A DNA stretch of 64,000 bases from Deltaproteobacteria bacterium (GCA_020062745.1 JAGUVT010000051.1:21901-85900), one strand, 5' to 3'. Counted from the stretch's first letter, positions 9,465-18,889 are shown. The notes: generated by a model not told the origin, from the letters alone. A program made the numbers and translations.

Positions 9465-10256
9465 ATGAGCACTAAGCTGGCTGCAATGAACCTGCCCCGT
9501 TTTCCTCTTCTAAAAGAAGAAGAAATGAAAAAACTGCTCCGATTGGCTCAAAATGGTGATGGTTTGGCCAGGGAAAAGCTGATTAACTGCAACCTTAAAC
9601 TGGTGTTTAATGTAATAAAGCGTTTTCAAAACCGGGGACATGAGCTGGAGGATTTGTTTCAAATCGGTTGCGTTGGCTTAATGAAGGCCATCGATAGATT
9701 TGACTTAAATTTTGAGGTTAAGTTTTCTACTTACGCTGTGCCGATGATTATCGGGGAAATCAGGCGTTTTTTGCGGGACGACAATCCGGTTAAGGTCAGC
9801 CGCACGGTTAAAGAAACGGCCTATAGAGTGCAGCAGACCAGGGACCGCCTGACGGCTGTTTTAGGGCGGGAGCCTTTAATTGGGGAGTTGGCTGAGGAAC
9901 TGGGGCTGTCGAAGGAAGAAGTGATTAACGCCGTTGAAGCGTCACAGGCGGTAACTTCAATTTATGACACCATTCATCAAGACGAAGGAGACCCCGTTTA
10001 TCTGGTGGACCAGCTTGACAGTGGTTTAGACAGTGATTTGCCGTGGCTGGAGAAGCTGGCAGTAAAGGATCTTTTGGACAGGCTTCCGGAGAGAGACCGG
10101 AAAATTATTAACTGGCGCTTTTTTGAGGATCGTACCCAGTCTGACATTGCTTGCCGGCTGGGTATTTCCCAGGTGCAGGTATCCCGTATTGAACGTCAGG
10201 CTTTAAGAAAATTGAGAGAACTTGTTGCTTTGGATTCCAGTGAGGAGAAGATATGA
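9465..10256 (+). CDS. sigF: Sporulation sigma factor SigF
   Basis: 263 aa. Regions 2 to 4 are recognisable (FSTYAVPMIIGEIRRFLRD; QSDIACRLGISQVQVSRIERQAL). Its position after spoIIAB supports the call. Confidence 0.9.
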   Translation: MSTKLAAMNLPRFPLLKEEEMKKLLRLAQNGDGLAREKLINCNLKLVFNVIKRFQNRGHELEDLFQIGCVGLMKAIDRFDLNFEVKFSTYAVPMIIGEIRRFLRDDNPVKVSRTVKETAYRVQQTRDRLTAVLGREPLIGELAEELGLSKEEVINAVEASQAVTSIYDTIHQDEGDPVYLVDQLDSGLDSDLPWLEKLAVKDLLDRLPERDRKIINWRFFEDRTQSDIACRLGISQVQVSRIERQALRKLRELVALDSSEEKI

Positions 10257-10381
10257 TTTTTTTTGGAATAACTTCTGGGAAAATTTTTATTTAAGCAGGA
10301 TTAAACTTTAATTTGTCGAAGCAGTAATAAGTTTTTCCAGGCGGCTCTTTATATGGAAGCAGGTTTTCTGCTTCGGAAGGG

Positions 10382-12085
10382 GTGATCCGGGGTCTTATGG
10401 AAGAAGTGGTCATGTTGTCAGATTATAAGACAAAATATTCTGATATATTGGATCCGCCGATGCTTCAAGAAGTTGTAAACCGTCTGGCGGGAAATATGGG
10501 AATGGCCTTCTTAGTAACAGATGTGGAAGGCGTGCCGGTTACCAGGATGAGCAATCTTTGCCGCTTTTGTACTTTAATCAACCGTTCTGAAGAAGGGCGG
10601 AGGCGCTGTGCCGATGCGCTGGCAGAAGATACCAGCCTGGTGATGAAAACCATGCGGGATGAGCTGTGTACGTGTTATGCCGGCCTGGTCCATATTGTAG
10701 TACCGGTTGAACTGCATGAATCACCGCTGGCGGTATTAATCGGAGGAAATATTATCCTGGAAATGCCGGAAAAGGGAAGGATATATAAACTGGCAGGGGA
10801 ACTGGGAATCGATCCCGGTGAGTTGTGGGCTGCCGCCGGCGAAATACCGGTTTGGGGCAGGGATGAGCTTTATGAAAGAGTGCGTTTGTTTTCAACGGTA
10901 GCTACCGTTATTTCCCGGCTGTTCTACGAAAGGTATCAGTTGCAGCAAATGGTTACCCTTAACAGGCGGATTACCTCTTCCCTCAATGTTGAGGCGGTGT
11001 GCAGCAGGGCTGTTCATGCAGCGGCCGAAATAATCAGGGCGAAGTATTGTATTTTACGGCTTTTCAATGAAGAAAAGCAGGCATTAATCATAAAAGCTTT
11101 ATACGGCCTGACAAAGGAACTCACTGCCGGGGAAGCTGTTTTAAGTTTACCGGGCACTGTTCAGGAACTTGTGCTCCGTACCGGTGAGCCGTTTGTAGCC
11201 AGGGAAACGGCAAGAAACGGCATAACGGGAAATGGCTTTTTAGATGATGGAGGTATCCGTGCCCTGCTTATAGTGCCGCTTTCTATGCAGAGCGAGGCAA
11301 TAGGCACCCTGGAAGCTTATTTCAATACGCCGCGTGATATTACGGGGTGGGATGCCAGTATCGTTTCAACAATTGCCAGGCAGTCTGCGGCAGCTATTGA
11401 GAATGCCCGTAATTTTGAGAACCAGCGCAATTATTACCTGGCGGCCTTACAGGCCCTGGTGGTGGCTACAGAAGCAAAAGATGTTTATACAAGGGGACAT
11501 TCTCTGCGGGTGGCGGAGTATAGTGATTCTATAGCCAGAGCAATGAAACTACCGGTGAAAGAGGCGGAAGAGATATATCTGGCTGGTTTGCTTCATGATA
11601 TAGGTAAAATAGGCGTCCGCGAGGATATTCTTTTAAAGCCGGGCAGTCTGAGCTTGGAAGAAAGAAAAGAGGTAGAGACCCATCCCCTTCTTGGGGCGAA
11701 GATTCTGGAGCCGGCTAACTTTCCGCAGGCTGTTATTTTAGCGGTCCGTCACCACCACGAAAATGTTGCCGGCGATGGTTATCCTGATCGCCTTAGAAAA
11801 AATGAGATCTGTTTAGGCGCACGAATTTTGCGTGTAGCGGATGCTTTTGATACCATTACTTCCAACCGTTCATACCGGCGCAGAATATCCGTTAAGAAAG
11901 CGATAATTGAGATTCAGAAATATGCTGGTTTGCAGTTTGATGAAAGAGTGGTTAGAGCATTCTTGAAGGTACTGAACAAAGATGGAGCAGTAATTAGGGA
12001 AAAAGGTGGTGAAGGACCTTTATTAGACGTTTTGATGAATGCCTTAAGCGCAATTTCAGCTTTAGGAGTTGTAGATAAACAGTAA
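10382..12085 (+). CDS. PocR-GAF-HD-GYP multidomain signalling protein (putative c-di-GMP phosphodiesterase)
   Basis: 567 aa. The N-terminus has a PocR-like Cys pattern (CRFC...RRC...C.C), the middle is GAF-like, and the C-terminus has HDIGKIG and HHHENVAGDGYP (HD-GYP). The start is uncertain (10382, 10397 or 10412). Confidence 0.75.
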   Translation: MIRGLMEEVVMLSDYKTKYSDILDPPMLQEVVNRLAGNMGMAFLVTDVEGVPVTRMSNLCRFCTLINRSEEGRRRCADALAEDTSLVMKTMRDELCTCYAGLVHIVVPVELHESPLAVLIGGNIILEMPEKGRIYKLAGELGIDPGELWAAAGEIPVWGRDELYERVRLFSTVATVISRLFYERYQLQQMVTLNRRITSSLNVEAVCSRAVHAAAEIIRAKYCILRLFNEEKQALIIKALYGLTKELTAGEAVLSLPGTVQELVLRTGEPFVARETARNGITGNGFLDDGGIRALLIVPLSMQSEAIGTLEAYFNTPRDITGWDASIVSTIARQSAAAIENARNFENQRNYYLAALQALVVATEAKDVYTRGHSLRVAEYSDSIARAMKLPVKEAEEIYLAGLLHDIGKIGVREDILLKPGSLSLEERKEVETHPLLGAKILEPANFPQAVILAVRHHHENVAGDGYPDRLRKNEICLGARILRVADAFDTITSNRSYRRRISVKKAIIEIQKYAGLQFDERVVRAFLKVLNKDGAVIREKGGEGPLLDVLMNALSAISALGVVDKQ

Positions 12086-12177
12086 TTTTATTAATGTGTG
12101 CGATCACGCGAGCCCGCATAAAAAACCGGATGGTGTTGTATAATATGTTTAAATTTAAGGTTAAAGGAGGAGTAAAT

Positions 12178-12372
12178 TTGCACGTGAAAGTAATGGAGTT
12201 GGTCGGGGAATCCCCGGATAGCTGGAAAGGCGCAGTGCAATCGGCTGTTGCCGAGGCTTCCCGGACAATGAAAAATATTGTGGGGGTGGAAGTGGTTAAT
12301 TTTACCGCGAACGTTGAAAATGGTAAGCTTGTTGAGTATAAGGCGAATTTAAAAATAGCTCATACGGATTAA
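12178..12372 (+). CDS. Dodecin-family small flavin-binding protein
   Basis: 64 aa from a TTG with AAAGGAGGAG 5 nt upstream. (M)HVKVMELVGESPDSWKGAVQSAV...KLVEYKANLKIAH matches the dodecin pattern. Confidence 0.65.
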   Translation: MHVKVMELVGESPDSWKGAVQSAVAEASRTMKNIVGVEVVNFTANVENGKLVEYKANLKIAHTD

Positions 12373-12373
12373 G

Positions 12374-12402
12374 AAAAAGACACCGGGAGGTGTCTTTTTT
12401 TC
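12374..12402 (+). terminator. Rho-independent terminator
   Basis: AAAGACACC-GGGA-GGTGTCTTT hairpin followed by a T-run, immediately after the dodecin stop codon. Confidence 0.75.
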
Positions 12403-12404
12403 TT

Positions 12405-12435
12405 GTATAATCCTGTGCTTGAAATGAAAATAATA
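12405..12435 (+). promoter_or_regulatory. Forespore-type promoter candidate for spoVA genes
   Basis: GTATA (12405-12409), then an AATAATA / GAAAATAATA -10-like element (12426-12435). The spacing is slightly off consensus. Confidence 0.3.
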
Positions 12436-12450
12436 TGAACTGGTGATTAA

Positions 12451-12906
12451 ATGGACGATTCAATGCCGCTGGAAAAGCAGAAGCAACAGTATAATGACAT
12501 GGTGAACAGGATTAAGCCCAAGCCGCCGGTATTACGCAATGTTTTCTGGGCTTTTATAACAGGCGGATTGATCAGTTTGATCGGTCAGTTGATATTGAGT
12601 TTTTACCGGTCTCAAGGATTGAATATAAATGACGCCGGCGCTGCTACATCGGCCACGCTGGTATTTCTGGCTGCTTTTTTAACCGGCTTGGGCATTTATG
12701 ATGAAATTACCAGGCGCGCCGGGGCGGGTAGTATTGTTCCGATTACCGGCTTTGCCAATTCCATGGTGGCACCGGCCATGGAGTACCGTGCCGAAGGGCT
12801 GGTGTTTGGGGTTGGCGCCAGGCTTTTTACCGTTGCCGGGCCGGTGCTGGTTTTCGGGATGGTGGCTGCCTGGGTAGCCGGTATCTTATATTACTTTTTC
12901 CGGTAG
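12451..12906 (+). CDS. spoVAC: Stage V sporulation protein AC
   Basis: 151 aa membrane protein with ITGGLISLIGQ...IVPITGFANSM, typical of SpoVAC. Confidence 0.9.
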   Translation: MDDSMPLEKQKQQYNDMVNRIKPKPPVLRNVFWAFITGGLISLIGQLILSFYRSQGLNINDAGAATSATLVFLAAFLTGLGIYDEITRRAGAGSIVPITGFANSMVAPAMEYRAEGLVFGVGARLFTVAGPVLVFGMVAAWVAGILYYFFR

Positions 12907-12917
12907 GAGGCAGGCGG

Positions 12918-13930
12918 GTGGCGGCACTGAAAAAAAACGGCAGGCAGACGGTCTGGTTTCAGAATCCGCCGGCAATAATTGCGGCAGCGTCAATAGCGGG
13001 CAGCAAAGAAGGAGATGGCCCGCTGGGCAAGACCTTTGATAAAGTGGTTGAGGACCCGTATTTCGGCGAGAAAACCTGGGAAAAAGCCGAACAGCGTATG
13101 TTACAGGAAGCCATGCAAAAGGTATTGGAGAAGGCCGGCTTAAACTTCCGGGATATTGACTTCATGCTGGCCGGCGACCTATTAAACCAGATTATCTGCG
13201 CCAATTTCACCGCCCGCGGCTTAAGCATTCCTTTTCTCGGTTTGTATGGCGCCTGCTCTACCATGTATGAGGGAATGGCCCTGGCGGCCATAATGATTGA
13301 CGGCGGTTTTGCCGAGCGGGTGCTGGTCGGATCTTCCAGCCACTATTCTACGGCTGAAAAGCAGTACCGTTTTCCTACTGAACTCGGGGTACAGCGGCCG
13401 ATGACCGCCCAGTGGACGGTTACCGGAGCCGGCGCCGTGATCCTGGCCAGGGAGGGAGCCGGCCCGGTGGTTACCCATGCTACCATTGGAAAGGTAATCG
13501 ACCTGGGGCAGGGCGACCCGAACGATATGGGGGCGGCCATGGCCCCGGCGGCGGCCGATACGATAGTCCGGCATCTGCTTGATACTGCCCGGCAACCGGA
13601 TTATTACGACCTTTTTTAACCGGCGACCTGGGAGTTTACGGTGAAAAACTGGCCGAACAGTTAATCCAACAAAAGGGGTTTGATCTTTCCGGGCGGTTTG
13701 CCGACTGCGGCGTTTTGATCTTTGATCAGTCCCGGGACGCACATGCCGGAGGCAGCGGCTGCGCCTGCTCGGCGGTGGTGACGGCCGGTTATGTAATGCA
13801 ACAGTTGGCATCCGGTAACCTGAAAAGGGTGATTGGAGTTGGTACGGGAGCTCTTTTAAGTCCCTGCAGCACTCAGCAAGGTGAAACGGTGCCGGCAATC
13901 AGCCATGCTGTAGTAATTGAAATGAGGTGA
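12918..13930 (+). pseudogene. spoVAD: Stage V sporulation protein AD, interrupted by a 1-nt deletion in a T run
   Basis: Frame 0 (12918-13619) ends ...QPDYYDLF*. The -1 frame continues from 13616 as LTGDLGVYGEKLAEQ...AGGSGCACSAVV...GTGALLSPCSTQQGETVPAISHAVVIEMR, which matches the SpoVAD C-terminus. The break is in T6 at 13612-13617; T7 would restore one 338-codon ORF. Confidence 0.85.
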
Positions 13931-14292
13931 GGATATTGCAGTTATTTTGGGCTTTTGTAATCGGGGGAGCTATTTGTGTGGTCGGCCAGTTATTGATGGA
14001 TTTGACCAACTATAAGGTTACGCCGGCCCATATTCTGGTTGGTTTTGTTACGGCAGGGGCGGTTATTAGCGCATTCGGGCTCTATCAACCCCTTGTTGAT
14101 CTGGCCGGAGCCGGCGCCACAGTGCCGCTGTCCGGCTTCGGGCACTTGCTGGCGCAGGGGGCCATTAACGGGGTAAAACAAAATGGTCTGCTGGGCGCTT
14201 TCGGGGGTGGGATAAGCGCGGCAGCAGTGGGCATTACGGCTGCCGTGGTTTTTGGTTATCTGTCGGCCCTGGCCTTCCGGCCCAAGGGATAG
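13927..14292 (+). CDS. spoVAE: Stage V sporulation protein AE (AEB-type)
   Basis: 121 aa membrane protein. GTGA overlap with the end of spoVAD. Contains GAGATVPLSGFGH. Confidence 0.85.
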   Translation: MRILQLFWAFVIGGAICVVGQLLMDLTNYKVTPAHILVGFVTAGAVISAFGLYQPLVDLAGAGATVPLSGFGHLLAQGAINGVKQNGLLGAFGGGISAAAVGITAAVVFGYLSALAFRPKG

Positions 14293-15297
14293 ATGGTCAT
14301 GCCGGTAAAAGTAGGTATCCCCAGGACTTTACTCTATTACTATTATTACCCGATGTGGAGGGTTTTTTTAAGCGAACTGGGAGCTGCCGTGATGCTGACG
14401 GCGCCTTCCACAAAAAGAGTCCTGGATCAGGGCCTGAAATATGCCATTGATGAGATCTGCCTGCCTATAAAACTGACCTTCGGGCACGTTTTGGAACTGT
14501 CCGGAAAGGTCGATTATATTTTCTTGCCCCGTCTGGTAAGTGTGGCGAACCGTGAGTACGTTTGCCCGAAATTTATGGGCCTGCCGGATATGGTCCGGCA
14601 CAGGCTGGCTGGTTTGCCGCCGCTTATTGATGTTGCCGTCAACCTGCGCCGCAGCGGGATGGATATTTACCCTGCTGTCTGGGCAGTAGGCAGGTTTTTC
14701 AGCGCCAGCCGGATCCATATTTTAAAAGCTTACCGCCGTTCTGTGAAGATCTGGGAACGTTATTCCCGTCTCCTGGAAAGGGGCCTCCTGCCGGAAGATG
14801 CTATGGCTGTAATAGAAGACAGGTTGGAAAAAGTGCCTTTATTTCTGGAAAATAAAGTTTGTGTGGCGCTGATCGGGCACCCTTATAATATCTATGATTC
14901 TCATATCAGCATGAACCTGATCCAGCGCCTGCGGCAGATGAGGGTGACGGTGGTCACCGCTGAGAACCTGTCTGAGAAGATAATTAATCGCAATGCGGCC
15001 CGACTACCCAAGAGAATGTATTGGACTTTAGGCCGGCGCATGATTGGTGCTGCTTTTCATTATCTTGCCCAGAACAGCATAGATGGTATGATTCACGTGG
15101 CGGCCTTTGGATGCGGGCCGGATTCAATGACCGGTGAATTGATTGAGCGCCAGGCCCGTCATTGTGGTGTTCCTTTCTTAAATCTGGTTCTGGATGAGCA
15201 CACCGGTGAGGCCGGAGTGGCCACCAGGCTGGAAGCCTTTCTGGATATGGTGCGCTGGCGTAGAGACAAAGGGGTGGCAGAAGGCGGCTCGCAATGA
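14293..15297 (+). CDS. Acyl-CoA dehydratase activase-related protein (DUF2229 / HgdB-like)
   Basis: 334 aa. GIPRTLLYYYYYPMWRVFLSELGAAVM...EICLPIKLTFGH is the typical DUF2229 N-terminus. Its ATG directly abuts the spoVAE stop codon. Confidence 0.7.
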   Translation: MVMPVKVGIPRTLLYYYYYPMWRVFLSELGAAVMLTAPSTKRVLDQGLKYAIDEICLPIKLTFGHVLELSGKVDYIFLPRLVSVANREYVCPKFMGLPDMVRHRLAGLPPLIDVAVNLRRSGMDIYPAVWAVGRFFSASRIHILKAYRRSVKIWERYSRLLERGLLPEDAMAVIEDRLEKVPLFLENKVCVALIGHPYNIYDSHISMNLIQRLRQMRVTVVTAENLSEKIINRNAARLPKRMYWTLGRRMIGAAFHYLAQNSIDGMIHVAAFGCGPDSMTGELIERQARHCGVPFLNLVLDEHTGEAGVATRLEAFLDMVRWRRDKGVAEGGSQ

Positions 15298-15326
15298 CCA
15301 AGGGATAATTTTCTGGAGAGGAAAAA

Positions 15327-16442
15327 ATGCGTGTTACTTTCCCCCATATGGGCAATCTTTATATATCCGTGCGGGCTATGCTGGAGTATCTGAAAGTAGA
15401 TGTGGTGATACCGCCCGCCTCCAGCAGGCATACGCTTACTCTGGGCGCCAAATACGGTCCGGAGTTTGCCTGCCTGCCGTTGAAACTGAACCTGGGCAAT
15501 TTTATCGAAGCTCATGGTTTGGGTGCCGATACCATTATCATGGCCGGCGGCTGCGGTCCCTGCCGTTTTGGCTATTATGCCCAGGTAGAACATGCCATTT
15601 TACAAGACCTCGGCTATAATTTTCAGCTTTTGATTTTGGAGCCGCCGGAACGTCATATATCCGAACTGCTGGTTAAAATCAGGCGGATTTCCGGCAACCA
15701 GTCCTGGTGGCAGGTCGGGCAGGCGCTTCGGTTCGGCTATTTGAAGGCGCGGGCCGTAGATGAGGTAGAGGCGGCTGCTTTTAAAGCCCGGCCGCGGGAA
15801 ACAGTGCCGGGGAGCAGCGATGTAGCCCGCCGGAAAGCTTTGAATGTTATAGACCGAGCCACTTCGTTTCGGAACCTGGCCGATGCTGCTGATGAGGCTA
15901 GGACCATTATGGCAAATGTGGCAGTGGAGGAAGGCCGGCCGGTAGTAAGAGTAGGAATTGTCGGTGAAATTTATACTCTTCTTGAGCCTTTTGCCAACCT
16001 GAACCTGGAAGTGCATCTCGGCCGGATGGGAGCCGAGGTTGATCGCGCCATATACATGAGCGAGTGGGTAAACGACCACCTTTTTTTGGGGCTGCTAAAA
16101 GGGATGCGCTCCCGGAAAGAGGCATGTGCGGCTGCTCCTCCTTACCTGCGGCATACTGTCGGCGGACACGGGCAGGAGACAGTGGGCAGCGCGGTAAATT
16201 ACGCCCGCGCTGGTTACGACGGTCTGGTTCAGGTTCTTCCCTTTACCTGTATGCCGGAGATTATAGCAGAAAGTATTTTGCCTGTCGTCAGCGCCGATTT
16301 TAATCTGCCGGTGTTGACCCTGGTTATGGACGAACATACCGGTGAAGCCGGGATGAACACCCGCCTGGAGGCTTTTATCGACCTGTTGTGGCGGAGAAAA
16401 AAGCAAAGGGAGTTGGAAAGTGAAAGGGTACCTGGGTATTGA
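15327..16442 (+). CDS. Acyl-CoA dehydratase activase-related protein (second DUF2229/HGD-D-like subunit)
   Basis: 371 aa with FPHMGNLYISVRAMLEYL...EFACLPLKLNLGNF...GGCGPCRFGYY. Both this gene and the previous one end with the DEHTGEAG...RLEAF motif. Confidence 0.7.
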   Translation: MRVTFPHMGNLYISVRAMLEYLKVDVVIPPASSRHTLTLGAKYGPEFACLPLKLNLGNFIEAHGLGADTIIMAGGCGPCRFGYYAQVEHAILQDLGYNFQLLILEPPERHISELLVKIRRISGNQSWWQVGQALRFGYLKARAVDEVEAAAFKARPRETVPGSSDVARRKALNVIDRATSFRNLADAADEARTIMANVAVEEGRPVVRVGIVGEIYTLLEPFANLNLEVHLGRMGAEVDRAIYMSEWVNDHLFLGLLKGMRSRKEACAAAPPYLRHTVGGHGQETVGSAVNYARAGYDGLVQVLPFTCMPEIIAESILPVVSADFNLPVLTLVMDEHTGEAGMNTRLEAFIDLLWRRKKQRELESERVPGY

Positions 16443-17397
16443 TGTCGGGTCGGTCAGCACCAATATCGTTTTTTTGGATGAAGACTTTGTAATCCGGGAG
16501 ACTGTCTACCTGCGGACGCAGGGCCGGCCAATTGAGGCCGTGCAGGGGGGGCTGAAAGAAATAGCCGGCCGCCTGCCGCCGGGTCTAACCGTGAGAGGGG
16601 TGGGAACTACCGGCAGCGGCCGGCATCTGGCCGGCGTCATGGTTGGCGCTGATACCGTTAAAAATGAAATTACCACCCATGCTATGGCATCATCTCAACT
16701 GGTGCCCGGTGTGCAGACCATCCTGGAAATCGGCGGACAGGACTCGAAGATGATCATTTTGCGCAACGGGGTGGTATCTGATTTCGCCATGAATACTGTT
16801 TGCGCAGCCGGTACCGGTTCATTTCTGGATCAGCAGGCGGCCCGTCTGAACATTCCCATCGAGGAGTTCGGGGATATTGCCTTAAATGCCGAAGCGCCGG
16901 TGCGGATTGCCGGGCGGTGTGCGGTTTTTGCCGAGTCCGACATGATTCACAAGCAGCAGATGGGTTGCAGTTTGCCGGATATTCTGGCCGGTTTGTGTGA
17001 AGCCCTGGTGCGCAATTATTTGAATAACGTGGGTAAAGGCAAGGAGATCCTGCCGCCGGCGGTTTTCCAGGGCGGGGTGGCGGCCAACTCCGGTATGCGG
17101 AAGGCTTTTGAAAAGGCGTTGGGGCTGCCCGTGCAGGTGCCGCCGTATTATAACGTGATGGGAGCGGTTGGCGCCGCCTTGCTGGCCGGGGAGGCGGTAT
17201 ACCGTGCTGGTCCGAGCCGCTTTAAAGGTTTCGCGGTGGCCGAAGCCCGGTTTGCCGCGGGCAGCTTTGAGTGTACCGGCTGCGCCAACCAGTGCGAGGT
17301 GGTGCAGGTTACCGAGGAAGGCGTAGTTATTGCCCGTTGGGGCGACCGTTGCGGCAAATGGAGCAGTGCTGTAAACGAGCAGAAGAAAATAGGTTGA
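16420..17397 (+). CDS. BadF/BadG/BcrA/BcrD-type ATPase (CoA-substrate-specific enzyme activase, HgdC-like)
   Basis: 325 aa with GIDVGSVSTN, GGQDSK, CAAGTGSFLD and GRCAVFAESD (cluster-bridging Cys positions). It has a Cys-rich C-terminus (CTGCANQC...C). It overlaps the upstream gene by 23 nt. Confidence 0.8.
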   Translation: MKGYLGIDVGSVSTNIVFLDEDFVIRETVYLRTQGRPIEAVQGGLKEIAGRLPPGLTVRGVGTTGSGRHLAGVMVGADTVKNEITTHAMASSQLVPGVQTILEIGGQDSKMIILRNGVVSDFAMNTVCAAGTGSFLDQQAARLNIPIEEFGDIALNAEAPVRIAGRCAVFAESDMIHKQQMGCSLPDILAGLCEALVRNYLNNVGKGKEILPPAVFQGGVAANSGMRKAFEKALGLPVQVPPYYNVMGAVGAALLAGEAVYRAGPSRFKGFAVAEARFAAGSFECTGCANQCEVVQVTEEGVVIARWGDRCGKWSSAVNEQKKIG

Positions 17398-17434
17398 GAC
17401 ATCTTTCTTTTATCGTACCATAAAACAAAAATTC

Positions 17435-17463
17435 TTGCTTTAAAAAACTGTTTAGGCTACAAT
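17435..17463 (+). promoter_or_regulatory. Sigma-A-type promoter for trpB2-lysA
   Basis: TTGCTT-N17-TACAAT, 40 nt upstream of the trpB2 start. Confidence 0.5.
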
Positions 17464-17502
17464 TAATTTAATATTTTGCGAAAATTTAAGAAGGAAGGAG
17501 CT

Positions 17503-18870
17503 TTGATAAAGAAATTGAGCGAGACAAAAATCTTACTTGCGGAAAAAGAGATACCCACCTGCTGGTACAACATCCAGGCGGACATGCCCAATCTGCCCAA
17601 ACCGCCGCTCCACCCCGGCACCGGGCAGCCCGTCGGTCCGCAGGACCTTTCGCCTATTTTCCCGATGGAGTTGATTAAACAGGAAGCAAGTCAGGAACGC
17701 TGGATTGAAATCCCTGAGGAAGTGCTGGAGATTTACCGTCTTTGGCGGCCGACGCCGCTTTACCGGGCCCGGCGGCTGGAACGGGCGCTGGACACACCGG
17801 CAAAGATTTATTACAAATACGAGGGGGTCAGCCCGGCCGGCAGCCACAAGTTGAATACCGCTGCTCCCCAGGCTTACTATAACAAAAAAGAAGGAGTCAA
17901 GCGGCTGGCCACTGAAACCGGGGCCGGCCAGTGGGGAACCGCCCTTTCTCAGGCCTGCAGTTTCTTTGGCCTGGAATGCACCGTTTATATGGTAAAAGTG
18001 AGCTACCGGCAAAAGCCTTACCGGCGCTCGATAATGGAGATATTCGGCGCTGAAGTGTTTGCCAGCCCCACCAACCGGACCAATTCCGGGCGTCAGGTTC
18101 TGGAAACCGACCCTGATTCGCCGGGCAGCCTGGGCATTGCCATCAGCGAGGCGGTGGAAGACGCCGCCGGCAGGGAGGATACCAATTATGCGCTGGGCAG
18201 CGTTTTAAATCACGTGCTTTTACACCAGACGGTGATCGGCCTGGAGGCGAAGGAGCAGATGGCCAGGGCCGGCGATTACCCGGATGTGGTGATCGGCTGC
18301 TGCGGCGGCGGCAGCAATTTCGGAGGGACGGCCACGCCCTTTGTCCATGATAAAATAAGAAACGGCGCCAAAGTGCGGCTGGTTGCCGCTGAGCCCAGCG
18401 CCTGTCCGACTCTTACCAGAGGCCCTATAGCTTATGATTTTGGTGATGTAGCCGGTCTGACTCCTCTTTTGTGGATGTATACCCTGGGCAAGGATTTTAT
18501 TCCGCCCGGCATCCATGCCGGCGGCTTGCGGTACCACGGAGATGCGCCGCTGCTCAGCCAACTGGTGCATGACGGGCTTGTTGAGGCCCGTGCCTATGGA
18601 CAGACGGCTATTTTCCAGTCGGCCGTGCTTTTTGCTAAAAATGAAGGAATCGTGCCGGCTCCCGAATCGGCTCATGCCATTCACTGTGCCGTGGAGGAAG
18701 CGCTGGCCGCCCGGGAAGCCGGCGAAGCCAGGACCATTCTCTTTAACTTGAGCGGCCACGGCCTGCTCGACCTGGCTGCTTACGACAATTTCTTGAGCGG
18801 TCAACTAGTGGATTACAGTTTGCCGGAAGAAAACTTAAAAGAAGCGCTGGCCCGGTTGCCGAAGGTTTGA
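17503..18870 (+). CDS. TrpB-like PLP enzyme (tryptophan synthase beta chain 2 family)
   Basis: [25 protein letters not shown] and GSHKLN (PLP lysine) are typical of TrpB2. No trpA is adjacent. The start is uncertain (17503 or 17515; the track ORF begins at 17476 and contains the RBS). Confidence 0.8.
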   Translation: MIKKLSETKILLAEKEIPTCWYNIQADMPNLPKPPLHPGTGQPVGPQDLSPIFPMELIKQEASQERWIEIPEEVLEIYRLWRPTPLYRARRLERALDTPAKIYYKYEGVSPAGSHKLNTAAPQAYYNKKEGVKRLATETGAGQWGTALSQACSFFGLECTVYMVKVSYRQKPYRRSIMEIFGAEVFASPTNRTNSGRQVLETDPDSPGSLGIAISEAVEDAAGREDTNYALGSVLNHVLLHQTVIGLEAKEQMARAGDYPDVVIGCCGGGSNFGGTATPFVHDKIRNGAKVRLVAAEPSACPTLTRGPIAYDFGDVAGLTPLLWMYTLGKDFIPPGIHAGGLRYHGDAPLLSQLVHDGLVEARAYGQTAIFQSAVLFAKNEGIVPAPESAHAIHCAVEEALAAREAGEARTILFNLSGHGLLDLAAYDNFLSGQLVDYSLPEENLKEALARLPKV

Positions 18871-18889
18871 GAAGAAAAGGAGAATTTTG

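Noticed and set aside
13608-13619. Programmed -1 ribosomal frameshifting at U-UUU-UAA in spoVAD
   Set aside because: The zero-frame context (CUU UUU UAA) is not a canonical X-XXY-YYZ heptamer and I saw no downstream structure. An equivalent single-T loss also breaks topA at a non-slippery site. A technical homopolymer error explains both more simply.
13221-13898. 225-aa minus-strand ORF spanning the spoVAD frameshift region
   Set aside because: It is antisense to both halves of spoVAD and is an Arg/Pro/Gly-rich shadow frame. The spoVAD homology on the plus strand explains the region.
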